From an uncultured Actinomycetota bacterium (lineage in GTDB: Bacteria > Actinomycetota > Actinomycetes > Propionibacteriales > DAIQRJ01), in NCBI GenBank assembly GCA_963724495.1, contig CAVRUZ010000002.1, positions 463,425-527,424 on the forward strand: 64,000 nucleotides of DNA. Reading direction: 5' to 3'. Both the position numbers and the translations under genes were made by a program. Every line of letters starts with the position of its first letter. The stretch's first letter is position 1. Below the pieces are notes generated by a model that did no database searches, was not told the DNA's origin, and saw only the letters and a program-made list of their open reading frames with translations. Shown here one piece after another: positions 1 to 9,630 of the stretch.

Positions 1-248
1 ACCCCGAGCTCGTGCGGGCCTACGCACGGGGGAGCTGGATCTGGGTCGGCCAGTACGCGCTTCGCATGGCGGTGCTCTGGCCCTTGTGGTTCCTCGACCA
101 GGTCGTGGCGCTCGGTCTTGCCCGCGTGCTTCTTTCCTGGCCACTCGTCGTGGTCTGCCTCGGCGTCAGTTGGTGGGTGGTGCGGCGGTCGCTCGGTGAA
201 CACCCGGGGCTCCGTCACCCACGCGTGGCCGAGGGACGCCACGGATGA
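1..248 (+). CDS. membrane protein, C-terminal fragment (5' end lies left of the window)
   Basis: Frame-3 ORF is open to position 1 (PELVRAYARGSWIWVGQYAL...). It has W/L/V-rich hydrophobic segments and mostly G/C-ending codons. TGA 246-248 overlaps the next start (ATGA). Confidence 0.45.
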   Translation, partial: PELVRAYARGSWIWVGQYALRMAVLWPLWFLDQVVALGLARVLLSWPLVVVCLGVSWWVVRRSLGEHPGLRHPRVAEGRHG

Positions 249-1006
249 CGATCGACTCAGCCCGTTCGGGATTGATCCTCCTGCTCGGAGGACGGTCGGA
301 GATCGGGGTCGAGGTCGCACGCCGGCTGGTGGCCGACCGAAGTCGTGCGGTCGTGCTCGCTGCCCGGCGCGCGCATGACCTTGATGAGCAGGAGCAGACG
401 ATTCGCGCTGCCGGCGCCAGCGAGGTTCATCGGGTGGAGTTTGACGCCGACGACCTCGGGTCGCACGAGTCGTTCCTGAGCGGCGTCATTGCTGACCACG
501 GACCGATCGGCACCGCCGTGGTCGCCTTCGGAGTGCTGGGTCACCAGGCACAGGCCGAACGGGACGCCGACCACGCGGTAGCGATCGTCCATACCGATCT
601 CGTCGCACAAATCAGCGTGCTGACACGTCTGGCCATTGTTCTTCGCTCACAAGGAAATGGCCAGATCGTGGTCTTCTCGTCGATCGCAGGAGTGCGGGTG
701 CGCAGGGCCAACTACGTCTACGGGGCAGCGAAGGCCGGCCTCGACGGGTTCGCCTCCGGCCTGGCGGACGCGCTGCACGGTACTGGCGTGCGGCTCCTCG
801 TGGTACGGCCCGGTTTCGTGGTCGGGCGGATGACCGAGGGGATGACGCCTGCTCCGATGTCGAGCACTCCTGCCCAGGTTGCGGATGCGGTCGTCTCCGC
901 TCTCCGGACCGGACGGACCGAGGTGTGGGTTCCCGGTGGCCTGCGCGTTCTGTCCGCGATGATGCGCGTGACCCCGCGATGGCTGTGGCGCCGGATGCGC
1001 CGATGA
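245..1006 (+). CDS. SDR family oxidoreductase, DprE2-like (decaprenylphospho-pentofuranosid-2-ulose 2-reductase family)
   Basis: 253 aa. Rossmann motif LLLGGRSEIG and catalytic YxxxK (YVYGAAK). End-to-end resemblance to mycobacterial DprE2 as I recall it. ATGA couplings at both ends. Confidence 0.8.
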   Translation: MTIDSARSGLILLLGGRSEIGVEVARRLVADRSRAVVLAARRAHDLDEQEQTIRAAGASEVHRVEFDADDLGSHESFLSGVIADHGPIGTAVVAFGVLGHQAQAERDADHAVAIVHTDLVAQISVLTRLAIVLRSQGNGQIVVFSSIAGVRVRRANYVYGAAKAGLDGFASGLADALHGTGVRLLVVRPGFVVGRMTEGMTPAPMSSTPAQVADAVVSALRTGRTEVWVPGGLRVLSAMMRVTPRWLWRRMRR

Positions 1007-1800
1007 ACACGCGGGTCTGGCGAAGCTATGTCGCGGTCGGAGACTCGTTCACCGAAGGTATGTGTGACGACGACGGAGCCACTCCCGGTGAGTTCCGCGG
1101 GTGGGCCGACCGGTTGGCCGAGGCGCTGGCGCACCGCACCGCTCGCATCGGCCAGGAGTTCCGCTATGCCAACCTCGCCGTGCGCGGGCGACTGCTCGAC
1201 GACATCGCCGGTCCGCAGCTCGACACCGCCCTTGCCCTTCAGCCCGAGCTCGTGAGCATCGTCGGTGGCGGAAACGACATCCTGCGTCCGCGTTCCGACG
1301 TCGACGCGTTGCTGGCGCAACTCGAAGCTGCCGTGGTGCGCGCGCGCTCGACCGGTGCCGACGTGCTGATGTCGACCGCCGCCGACCCGGTGCGGTCTCC
1401 ACTCATCCGCCTCACGCGTGGGCGGGCGGCCATCTTCACCGCGGGAATCTGGTCGATTGCCCGCAAGCACGAGTGCTACCTCATCAACCTGTGGTCGCTG
1501 CCCGCGTTGCAGAGCTGGCATGCCTGGGCAGACGATCGGATCCACCTGACCACCGCCGGGCATCGTGCGGTGACTGCCGCCGCACTCAGCGCGCTGGCCC
1601 TGGACGTGTCCGACGCCGACGAGGCCGTGGTGGCCAAGGACGCGCCGATGCGGTTCGTCGAGCGACTGCAGTGGAACGCGCGTTGGGGCAGGGAGTACGT
1701 GCGTCCGTGGGTGCGTCGGCGACTTGCCCGTCGTTCCTCGGGCGATGGCAGGCAGGCCAAACGCCCAGAGCTCGACGCCTGGCCGCCCGGCCGAGATTGA
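1003..1800 (+). CDS. SGNH/GDSL family hydrolase
   Basis: Block I GDSFTEG, block III GGGNDIL, block V DRIHLT. ATG 1003 overlaps the upstream stop 1004-1006. The ORF-track start at 925 is rejected as an upstream extension. Confidence 0.8.
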   Translation: MNTRVWRSYVAVGDSFTEGMCDDDGATPGEFRGWADRLAEALAHRTARIGQEFRYANLAVRGRLLDDIAGPQLDTALALQPELVSIVGGGNDILRPRSDVDALLAQLEAAVVRARSTGADVLMSTAADPVRSPLIRLTRGRAAIFTAGIWSIARKHECYLINLWSLPALQSWHAWADDRIHLTTAGHRAVTAAALSALALDVSDADEAVVAKDAPMRFVERLQWNARWGREYVRPWVRRRLARRSSGDGRQAKRPELDAWPPGRD

Positions 1801-1802
1801 CG

Positions 1803-2309
1803 ATGGCGTTCACGGAGCCTCGAGCCGAAGGGAACCCCTTGCTCCGGTTGATGTTCTACCGACCCGAGATCCCGTCGAACACCGGCAACGCGCTGAGGCT
1901 GGCTGCCGCGCTCGGTGCCGAACTCCATCTGGTGCGGCCGTTGGGCTTCCGGACGGACGACGCAGCGTTGAAGCGAGCCGGCCTCGACTACGCCGAGCTG
2001 TCTCGGCTCGTCGTGCACGTGGACCTGGCGGCTGCCTGGGCCGCGATCGGTGATGCCGGGGTGTTCGCGTTCACCAGCCGGGGGAGCGTGCTGCACACCG
2101 AGGTGTCGTACCGGAGTGGCGACGTGCTGCTGTTCGGGCCGGAGCCGACCGGCTTGCCGGCCGAGGTGCTCGCCGACGCTCGCGTTTCGGAGCAGGTGCG
2201 CATACCCATGGTCGCCGGCGTCCGATCGCTCAACCTCGCCAATGCGGCGGCTATTGCGGGGTACGAGGCCTGGCGCCAGTTGGAGTTCCGGGGGTCGGAG
2301 TCGGGGTAG
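1803..2309 (+). CDS. trmL: tRNA 2'-O-methyltransferase, SpoU/TrmL family
   Basis: 168-aa product MAFTEP...LRLMFYRPEIPSNTGNALRLAAALGAELHLVRPLGF...SLNLANAAAIAGYEAWRQL, typical of TrmL. It is the in-frame tail of track ORF 1101..2309. Confidence 0.8.
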   Translation: MAFTEPRAEGNPLLRLMFYRPEIPSNTGNALRLAAALGAELHLVRPLGFRTDDAALKRAGLDYAELSRLVVHVDLAAAWAAIGDAGVFAFTSRGSVLHTEVSYRSGDVLLFGPEPTGLPAEVLADARVSEQVRIPMVAGVRSLNLANAAAIAGYEAWRQLEFRGSESG

Positions 2310-2389
2310 GACTCACGGGCACGGGCATGTGGGGAGCCCGCTGGTGTGTCCAGGTCAATCGGCGGACCGGCAGGTCGAACAGGCGGGGA

Positions 2390-2968
2390 TCAGCGACGGA
2401 CGCGGTAGTGGATGTGCGTCGCCTCAGGGGTGTCGATCACCCGGACAACCTCAAGCTCGACGCGCGACGGCAGCACGTCGAACAGTCGTCGGCCGCGCCC
2501 GAACAGGACCGGGATCTGATGGATCTCGAGCTCGTCGAGCACACCCGCCTCGAGCGCCCGCTGCGCCGTGTAGGCGCCATGGACCATCACGTTGCGGTCG
2601 CCGGCAGCCGCCTTCGCCTGTGCCATGGCAGCTTCGATCCCGTCGGTCACATAGGTCACCAGCGGGTACTGCGCGGCCGATGGGCCAGGCGGCCGGTGAC
2701 TGGGCACGAAGATCGGGACGCCGTGGTGGTCACCCTTCCAGTGATCGACCTGCTCGACGGTCCGCCGCCCGGCCAGCACGGCGCCGGTCGCCTGCATCTC
2801 GTCCCACAACTGCCTGCCCGGGCCGGTCGGCGGCCAGGTCCCGTCTGCATTGACCGTCCACGCGTGGAGCCGGTCCATGCCGTCGCCGCCGGGGTTGTCC
2901 GGCTGGTCGTTGGGTCCCGCGATGTAGCCATCGAGAGACATCGACATGTACAGCACCGATGAGGACAT
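2390..2968 (-). CDS. dihydrofolate reductase family protein (RibD C-terminal domain)
   Basis: Starts MSSSVLYMSMSLDGYIAGPND and ends ...VMVHGAYTAQRALEAGVLDELEIHQIPVLFGRGRRLF. ATG at 2968 is preceded by GGAGG. Confidence 0.75.
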   Translation of the reverse strand: MSSSVLYMSMSLDGYIAGPNDQPDNPGGDGMDRLHAWTVNADGTWPPTGPGRQLWDEMQATGAVLAGRRTVEQVDHWKGDHHGVPIFVPSHRPPGPSAAQYPLVTYVTDGIEAAMAQAKAAAGDRNVMVHGAYTAQRALEAGVLDELEIHQIPVLFGRGRRLFDVLPSRVELEVVRVIDTPEATHIHYRVRR

Positions 2969-3069
2969 TCGACCTCCGGGATCGCCGCGGACAGGCTGGC
3001 TCATGGTGGAGACCCGTCCCGCCGGGAATCCTCATCGGCCAGCTGATCAGCACAGTCGATGGTGACGCC

Positions 3070-4987
3070 TTACGGTGCGGTGACCACGAGGTCGTCGAAG
3101 GCGATCAGGATCGGGGCATTGGTCGTTGCGGTCGAGAGATACCCGGCGAATCCCACTGCTCCTGCGGTCTGAAGCCCCGCTGTGGAGTCGGTGGTGGACA
3201 CAGTCCAGGTGCTCGGCTCGGTCGCGGATGCGAGCCACGCCCTGGCCCGCAAGGTGGTGGGGCTGCTGCCGGTGACCTGCACGCGCACCTTGAGCTTGGT
3301 GCCAGGCTGCAGCACGATCGTGCCGACGCGAGTCTCAGCCGCGAGGATCGTCTCGGTCCCGGTACTGCTCGTGCGGATCGGCGTGAGCGTCACCGCCCCT
3401 GCGGCGGTGACCTTGACCTTGACGCGGTACTGGCCGGCGGCGGTGGTCTTGCGACCGACGGTGCTGAGGTGCACTCCACTGCCCGCGATCGGGAGCTTGT
3501 TGACGGCCATCGTGAACAGCATGTCGGTGCTGGCGGTGCTGACCTGGTTCAGCGAAGCGGTGGGTCCGGTTCCAGCATTCAGCTGCATGACCCCCTCCCC
3601 GCCGGCAACGGAGAAGTACGTGGCTCCGCCTAGCGTCCACGGACCACCCTGCGTCGCAGTACCCCAACTGCCGGTCGACGTGCGCTGGAAGTCATCGGCG
3701 GCGACCGTTGGTGGCCCCGTCGGACCCGTGACGGTGATCGACCGCGTCTGACTGTCGGTCAGCCCGCCGCTGTCGGTGACCGTCAGCGTGACCGGGTAGG
3801 TCCCGGCCGCCGGGAAGGTGTGAGTCGCGGTGGATCCGGTGGCCGTGGCGCTGCCGAAGTCCCACGCGTAGGAGGCGATGGGAGCCTTCGGAGTCACTCG
3901 AGCCGGTCCCGTTGAAGCTACAGGCCAGATTGGTGCAGCTGTTCGTGAACGAGGCCGTGGGAGGTGTGTTCGGCGGAGTGACCCCTGCTGTGATCGTGAA
4001 CGCGTCGGAGAAGGTGGTGGAGCCGCTGGCGCGGTGGAAGCTGCCCGAGAGGGTGGTGTCCGTGGCGGTTACCTCGAGCACACCCCAGGTGGGCGTCTTG
4101 TTGAGGCCCTGGGAAGCGGCGAAGTAGCCCGCCTCCGGGTCGCTGGCGTTAACGTCGCGCAGGACCTGGCCGCCAGTGCCCACGGTGGCCCAGATCGTGC
4201 CCGCACCTTGGCTGTAGGCGTTGTCCGCGTCGGCGATGCAGTCGTTGTCGAACGAAGGAGGTGTCAGCTGCGGGCAGCTGGCCGAGAGGCCCAGTTGATG
4301 TGTGCGCTGGTAGAGGTGCTCGTGACCGTTGAGCACCAGGTCGACCTTCTTGGTCTCCATCAGGTTGGCGATGTCAGCACCGATCTCGCAGCCGTACATC
4401 CCGATGCTCATGCATGGCTTGTGCATGGTGACGACGACCCAGGGGACCCCCTTCGCCCGCGCACCGTCGATGGCGGCCGACGTCCACTGGTAGCCCTGCG
4501 TGCCGGACGCGTAGCTCACCTCGCCGGCACCGAAGTCGAGGTCCGGCGAGATGTTGATGAACCGCACGAGTGGCGTCACCTGCGGATAGTCCATGTAGTA
4601 CTGACGACCGTACGTGCCGATGACGCCCGGGATCTGATTCGGCAGGCATGCCGAGAAGTCGTTGATGTTGCCGTTCTGACCATTGGACTCGTGGTTGCCG
4701 GCCAGCAATTCGAACGGGAACCCGGCGCCGACGCGGGATGTGACGAAGTCACACCACGTCTGTTCCTCGCCAGTGACACCGTAGGAGAGGTCGCCGACGC
4801 TGAGGTGCAGGTCGTGGTCAATTGAGCCGATGGTGTTCATGACCGCAGAGGTGTTGGTCCCCATGGCGTAGTCACCGGCCGCGGTGAAGTGCACCGACTC
4901 GTCACCCGGTGCCGCCGTCGCACCCCAACCACCGGCGACGAGGACCAGCACGACAACCAAACCGAGGACACGACGCCAGCGCTTCAT
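3070..4987 (-). pseudogene. secreted metallophosphoesterase with PKD domain and C-terminal beta-sandwich region, reading frame broken by one extra base
   Basis: Signal peptide MKRWRRVLGLVVVLVLVAGG and metallophosphoesterase motifs GDLSY, GNHE, GHEHLY. The PKD domain is split: ...CSFNGTGSSDSEGS (ORF 3692..4987) continues as IASYAWDFGSATATGSTATHTFPAAGTYPVTLTVTD (ORF 3070..3897). The span is 1918 nt = 3n+1. The extra base is in the run at 3880-3882. Confidence 0.75.
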
Positions 4988-5151
4988 AGCCGGAATGTAG
5001 TCTCAGCCTGGCGTGACCCGATAGGTCAGCGCATAACAATTCGTCTCAAATACCGTTCGAAAAGATGGAATCGCGATCAGCTGCGCCCTTCTGGCGAATC
5101 CCGTGACGCGCTGTGAGGATGCGATCACTTTGCGCTTCAAGGCCTCTTGAA

Positions 5152-5592
5152 TTACCGCGACACCGAGCCAAGTCTTGTATGCACCTCGCGAACGGTCAGA
5201 ACGGTGTTGATTCCTCGGGTCCTCGGTTGCTGGTCGGATGCCTGCCACGAACCGCCCACCACCTTGAACCGAACGTGTCCCCAGGTGACGTCGACGCGGG
5301 CCGCGTACGTCCCAGTGTGTTCGTAGGGGTGCGTGATCTCCAAGGACGGGTAGGGCTTGCCCGGATGTGACGTCCCCGCGCTCGCTCCGTCGCCGAATGT
5401 CCAGTGGAACTCGACTGGAGTCGTTTCGAAGTCGACCCGCAGCGTGTGGTCGAAGAACCACAGCGAACCGGTCTGCTTCGTGGCGATCGTGTAGACGTTG
5501 GTGTCCAGCCCCAGGATCAGGTCGTCTTTGCCAGGCTGGGTTATTACGCGGAGGCGAGGCAGGGCATGGGCACGGAGCTCGTTGATGACCAT
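5152..5592 (-). CDS. hypothetical protein with PKD-like segment
   Basis: Contains FHWTFGDGASAGTSHPGKPYPSLEITHPYEHTGTYAARVDVTW. Codons mostly end in G/C despite the low-GC surroundings. TAA stop. The start is uncertain because the track ORF extends to 5823. Confidence 0.4.
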   Translation of the reverse strand: MVINELRAHALPRLRVITQPGKDDLILGLDTNVYTIATKQTGSLWFFDHTLRVDFETTPVEFHWTFGDGASAGTSHPGKPYPSLEITHPYEHTGTYAARVDVTWGHVRFKVVGGSWQASDQQPRTRGINTVLTVREVHTRLGSVSR

Positions 5593-6270
5593 GGCTTCGG
5601 TGACGGTCCTGGCGGCTCGCTGGGAGTCGTCTGCAGGGATCGCGGCAGCACAGTTGCTGATCCTGCCTGGGTGAGCCCCAGGCACCCTGAATCCAGGTGA
5701 GCTTGGTAGATCCAAGACGCGCACGCATGGCCGGCATCGGGCAGGCTCCTGATACTGGGCACAATCCTCCTGGCCTCCTCCGAACGGGCGTTGCGTCGGT
5801 GGGCTCGTTCCCTGGACAGGCATTGACCCAATACGTCACTGTCTTCGGAGCGCTGCGCGTCCCGGCGTCGCCCTCGGGCCGATGCGGCATTGTCTCGTCG
5901 GCTCCGGCATCTCATCTTCTGCTGGGTCGTGCAGACGGCACGTCTTGCACGAAGTGGTCAGGCTCGCGGCAGTTGCCTCGGCTGAGGACGCCGCAGCACA
6001 GAATGCAACTAGCAGCGAAAGCGAGAACCAGCATCGAGCATAGAGGTTCTCTGCACTGATAGAGACAACTCGCCACCCCCCATCTCCGAGGCTCAAGTCG
6101 AAGACGACGCGCGACGTGCTCTGCAGGTTCGTTGTATGTCTCGTCGATGACTGATCTCGTGACTTCCACTGATCTCGCCGATCAGCGTCACCATCGCACG
6201 CCGCCGGTGTCAGCGGAGATAGTCAGACGATCGAAGAAGCGTGGCTGTGTAGCGAGGATCTCCGAGGTAG

Positions 6271-6663
6271 CTATTGCCCTTGCCAATGATTATAGATGAA
6301 CCGGGACTCCAATTGCCGACACAATGTGCATGCTGCGGCGCTCAGCGCACGCGCCGGCGCTGCGTCTGCTGTGAGGATGACGTAGTTGAGCATTCCGACG
6401 TAGTACTTGCCGAACGCCACCGAGCCAGCCTTCGTGTGCTCCTTGGCCGCAGCTGGCATCGGCGGGACGGGGATGTCGGCGGGCTCGGTCTGCCACTCGG
6501 TGAAGTCGGGCAGCGCGGCGGCCGTTGGGGTGGGCGTGGGAGTCGGCGAGGTGACGGGTGTGGAGGTCATTGGCGGCGGCTCGGGGGAGTCACCCTGGCA
6601 GGCCGCGGCGGACAGCATGAGGACGGCTGCGAGCATCGTCGCGGCGATGCGGTTGGCCCTCAC
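6271..6663 (-). CDS. lipoprotein, DUF6318-like
   Basis: GTG 6663 is preceded by GGAGGAGG. Signal plus lipobox: RANRIAATMLAAVLMLSAAAC. Pro/Thr linker, then the KEHTKAGSVAFGKYYVGMLNYV...CTLC block. The C-terminus looks short and runs into low-GC DNA. Confidence 0.6.
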   Translation of the reverse strand: MRANRIAATMLAAVLMLSAAACQGDSPEPPPMTSTPVTSPTPTPTPTAAALPDFTEWQTEPADIPVPPMPAAAKEHTKAGSVAFGKYYVGMLNYVILTADAAPARALSAAACTLCRQLESRFIYNHWQGQ

Positions 6664-6914
6664 GTCTGTCCTCCTCCCGGGTGGGTCCGGACAGTACTTC
6701 CTGATTCGCGGGCTCGCCATCATGGCTGCGGGAGCTGTGGACAAGGTGGTTCGGCGGCGCACAGGTCACCATCTGGCCACCGGTTACGCCCCGTCACGCT
6801 GGCGGCACACGACAGATTCGCCGGGACACTGCACGACCAGCGAGGCCCCTGGGCTTGCGAGCCTGCTCGGGCTGCATACCCTCGTCCCATACCGATCCAG
6901 AGGAGACGCGACCC

Positions 6915-7106
6915 ATGCCGGCCGACAAGAAGCCCGCCAAGGACGACGACGTGCGCCGCAAGTTCCGCGAGGCACTGGACCGCAAGAACAAGAAGGCCAA
7001 CGCGCACATCGACGACAGCGAGGCCATCCACGACGACTCAGCGGTCCGTCCGGACGTCCCGCCGCCGAAGCAGTTCATGCGCCGCAAGGCCGGCGGGGGC
7101 AGCTAG
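6915..7106 (+). CDS. small conserved actinobacterial protein, DUF5302-like
   Basis: Product MPADKKPAKDDDVRRKFREALDRKNKKANAH...KQFMRRKAGGGS. AGGAGA RBS at 6901-6906, 8 nt upstream of the ATG. Confidence 0.7.
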   Translation: MPADKKPAKDDDVRRKFREALDRKNKKANAHIDDSEAIHDDSAVRPDVPPPKQFMRRKAGGGS

Positions 7107-7620
7107 TCCGGGTCACGACCTTTGCGCCAGGTAGCGCCGCCGCCTGCGTCGCGTTCCATCACCGCCGCGACGTGGCCTGCCCGCGACGCGAAACATGCAG
7201 GAGCAGGCCGCAAAGCGGTCGATGTCGGGCCATATCGGACGCGGTCGGTCCTCGACTGCATGTTTCCCGCGGGTCATCAGGCAAGCCGGCCTCGCCCGGC
7301 GCCGCGTCCGCATGCGGGTCCAGGCCAGGCGCTGCGACCGCAAACATGCAGCAGCAGGCCGCAAGGCGGTCGATGTCGGGCCATATCGGACGCGGGTGGT
7401 CCCGACTGCATGTTTCCCGCGGGGTCATCAGGCCAGCCGGGCTCGCCCGCCGCCGCGTCCCGCATGCGGGTCCAGGCCAGGCCGCGACCGCAAACATGCA
7501 GTAGCAGGCCGCAAAGCAGCCGATGTCGGGCCATATCGGACGCGGGTCGGTCCTCGACTGCATGTCTCCCGCGGTACATCAGGCCAAGCCGGCTCGCCCC
7601 GGCGCCGCCTCCGGACGGTC
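7107..7620. repeat. tandem array, about 3.4 units of 150/151 bp, each unit = ~75-nt palindromic element plus ~76-nt conserved linker
   Basis: AAACATGCAG starts at 7191, 7342 and 7492. Element cores are 7191-7265, 7342-7415 and 7492-7567, with termini AAACATGCAG...CTGCATGTTT. The linkers are also conserved and contain the CCGCATGCGG palindrome. Confidence 0.9.
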
Positions 7621-7771
7621 TGAGCCCGCGGCGCGTGCCGACACCAGCGCCACCGAGCGCCGGCCATAGGCTCAGGTGACCGTTTCTCCAGAACCGCGGA
7701 GCCCGCATGCCCGGCCACACAGACCGCGCCGTGACTGACCAGCGAAGCCGACCCACCACCGGCCGCGGTTG

Positions 7772-8788
7772 ATGGCACCGCTCATCCAGGTCGACAAGCT
7801 CGCCAAGCACTTTCGCCGCCCGCAGCAGTTCGACGGCCCGTTCGGCGGACTTCGCAGCTTCTTCACGCACCGGTACAACACGATCAAGGCCGTCGAGGGT
7901 GTCAGCTTCTCCATCGAGGAGGGCGAGCTCGTCGGATACCTCGGTGCCAACGGCGCCGGCAAGTCGACCTCGATCAAGATGCTGTCCGGAATCCTCACGC
8001 CCACGTCTGGAACGGCCACGGTTGGCGGGCTCGTGCCCTGGCGGCAACGGGAGCACAACGCGCTGCAGATCGGCGTCGTCTTCGGCCAGCGCACCCAGCT
8101 CTGGTGGGACCTGCCGCTCCGCGACTCCCTGAAGCTCATCGGCCGGCTGTACCGGATGGATGAGGAGCGTTACCAGCGCAGCCTCGGGCGAATGACCGAG
8201 CTGCTCGGACTCGAGCCGTTCCTCACCACGCCGGTGCGGCAGCTGAGCCTCGGCCAACGGATGCGAGGCGACCTCGCAGCCGCCATGCTCTACGAGCCGC
8301 GCGTCCTCTATCTCGACGAGCCGACGGTGGGTCTCGACGTGATCGCCAAGGAGCGCACCAGGCAGTTCATCGAGCAGGTCAACGTGGAGACCGCCACCAC
8401 GGTGATCCTGACGAGCCACGATCTCGCCGACGTCGAACGGCTGTGCAAGCGGATCATCTTCATCGACGCCGGCAAGGTGCTCTATGACGGACCCGTCGTC
8501 GACCTCAAGCTTCGCTACGCGCCGACCCGCATCCTCGATGTCACCTTGGCTGAGGACGATCTCCAACCAGGACAGGAAGAGCTGACTGCCGGTGACGTAG
8601 CCGGCGTAGTCGGTGCCACCCGATCACCGGCGAGACTGCAGGTCGAGTTCGACCCAGCCGTCATCCCGGTGCCCGACCTCATGGCCGAGGTCCTGCGGCG
8701 CTACACGGCCTCCGATGTCGCGATCGTCGAGGCGGACCTGGAGTCCGTAGTGCGGCAGATCGTGGAAGAAGGAGGAGTGCGGCAGTGA
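7772..8788 (+). CDS. ABC transporter ATP-binding protein (ABC-2 system)
   Basis: Walker A GANGAGKST, signature LSLGQRMR, Walker B VLYLDEPT. Stop overlaps the next start (GTGA at 8785-8788). Confidence 0.9.
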   Translation: MAPLIQVDKLAKHFRRPQQFDGPFGGLRSFFTHRYNTIKAVEGVSFSIEEGELVGYLGANGAGKSTSIKMLSGILTPTSGTATVGGLVPWRQREHNALQIGVVFGQRTQLWWDLPLRDSLKLIGRLYRMDEERYQRSLGRMTELLGLEPFLTTPVRQLSLGQRMRGDLAAAMLYEPRVLYLDEPTVGLDVIAKERTRQFIEQVNVETATTVILTSHDLADVERLCKRIIFIDAGKVLYDGPVVDLKLRYAPTRILDVTLAEDDLQPGQEELTAGDVAGVVGATRSPARLQVEFDPAVIPVPDLMAEVLRRYTASDVAIVEADLESVVRQIVEEGGVRQ

Positions 8789-9630
8789 CCGCAGCTCCGG
8801 TCAGGCCGCTCGCACCCCCGCGGACTGGCCCACTCCGGATGGTTCCGGCCTGGACGACGTATGCCCAGATGGCGGCCCGCAAGGTCTACATCTACCGGAT
8901 GAACGTCATCTTCGGGATCGTCCTTACCGGCCTGACGATCTACCTGCTCACGGTCGTGTGGACTACCGGGTACGCCGGGCGTAGCGAGGTCGACGGCATC
9001 GCCATCGGTCAGCTCCTCACCTACCTCACGATCGCCAACCTGCAGGTCAGATTCCTGACGGCAGACGTGGATGAGGACATCCGCGAACGGATCCGTGAGG
9101 GCCAGATCGCCTTCGACATCAACCGACCCACGCCCTTTCCCAGCATGCTGATGGCGGGGGCTGCCGGAAAGATGCTCGGAATGGTGCCCATGCTCGTCAT
9201 CGGGCTCCCAGTCGCAATGGTGGCGGGCGAGCTACGGCCACCGCCGAGCGTGAGCGCGGGCCTGGGTTATGCAGTCTCGTTGCTCCTGGCGTGGGTGATC
9301 GCGGTCGAGCTCAACCTGGTCATGGGGTTGATTGCGTTCTGGACCCTCGAACTCACTGGCTTTCAGATGATGTACCGGCTGATTGGCCAGTTCTGCACCG
9401 GAGCCTTGATTCCCCTGTGGTTCATGCCGGACGCCATCCGGGTCATCGTGCAGCTCTTGCCCTGGCAGGCCATGGGATTCCTCCCTGTCTCCATCTATGT
9501 CGGGGAGCCCGTCACCGGATCGCTCTACACCGCACTCGGCGTCCAGCTGCTCTGGATCGCCGTTCTTGTGGGCATCATCGCCTGGGTCTGGCACAAGGCG
9601 TTCAGGAACGCGGTGATCCAGGGTGGCTGA
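8785..9630 (+). CDS. ABC-2 family transporter permease
   Basis: 281 aa, multi-pass hydrophobic. Translationally coupled to the ATPase, and it overlaps the next ORF. Confidence 0.75.
   Translation: MTAAPVRPLAPPRTGPLRMVPAWTTYAQMAARKVYIYRMNVIFGIVLTGLTIYLLTVVWTTGYAGRSEVDGIAIGQLLTYLTIANLQVRFLTADVDEDIRERIREGQIAFDINRPTPFPSMLMAGAAGKMLGMVPMLVIGLPVAMVAGELRPPPSVSAGLGYAVSLLLAWVIAVELNLVMGLIAFWTLELTGFQMMYRLIGQFCTGALIPLWFMPDAIRVIVQLLPWQAMGFLPVSIYVGEPVTGSLYTALGVQLLWIAVLVGIIAWVWHKAFRNAVIQGG

Noticed and set aside
5836-6169. Short ORFs with signal-peptide-like segments in the low-GC patch (5836..6096-, 5912..6169-)
   Set aside because: They mutually overlap in different frames, have no start or RBS context, and show no recognisable family. 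They are treated as possible gene debris, not as features.
7107-7620. Possible CRISPR array (regularly spaced repeats)
   Set aside because: The 'spacers' are as conserved as the repeats. The unit is 150/151 bp with ~75-nt palindromes, far outside CRISPR repeat and spacer sizes. No cas genes are present in the window.
7122-7679. ORFs of 130-185 aa on both strands across the tandem array (7122..7679, 7195..7623, 7159..7563)
   Set aside because: They simply translate the repeats into repetitive Arg/Pro/Ala-rich text. They have no start context or domain signature and overlap on both strands.
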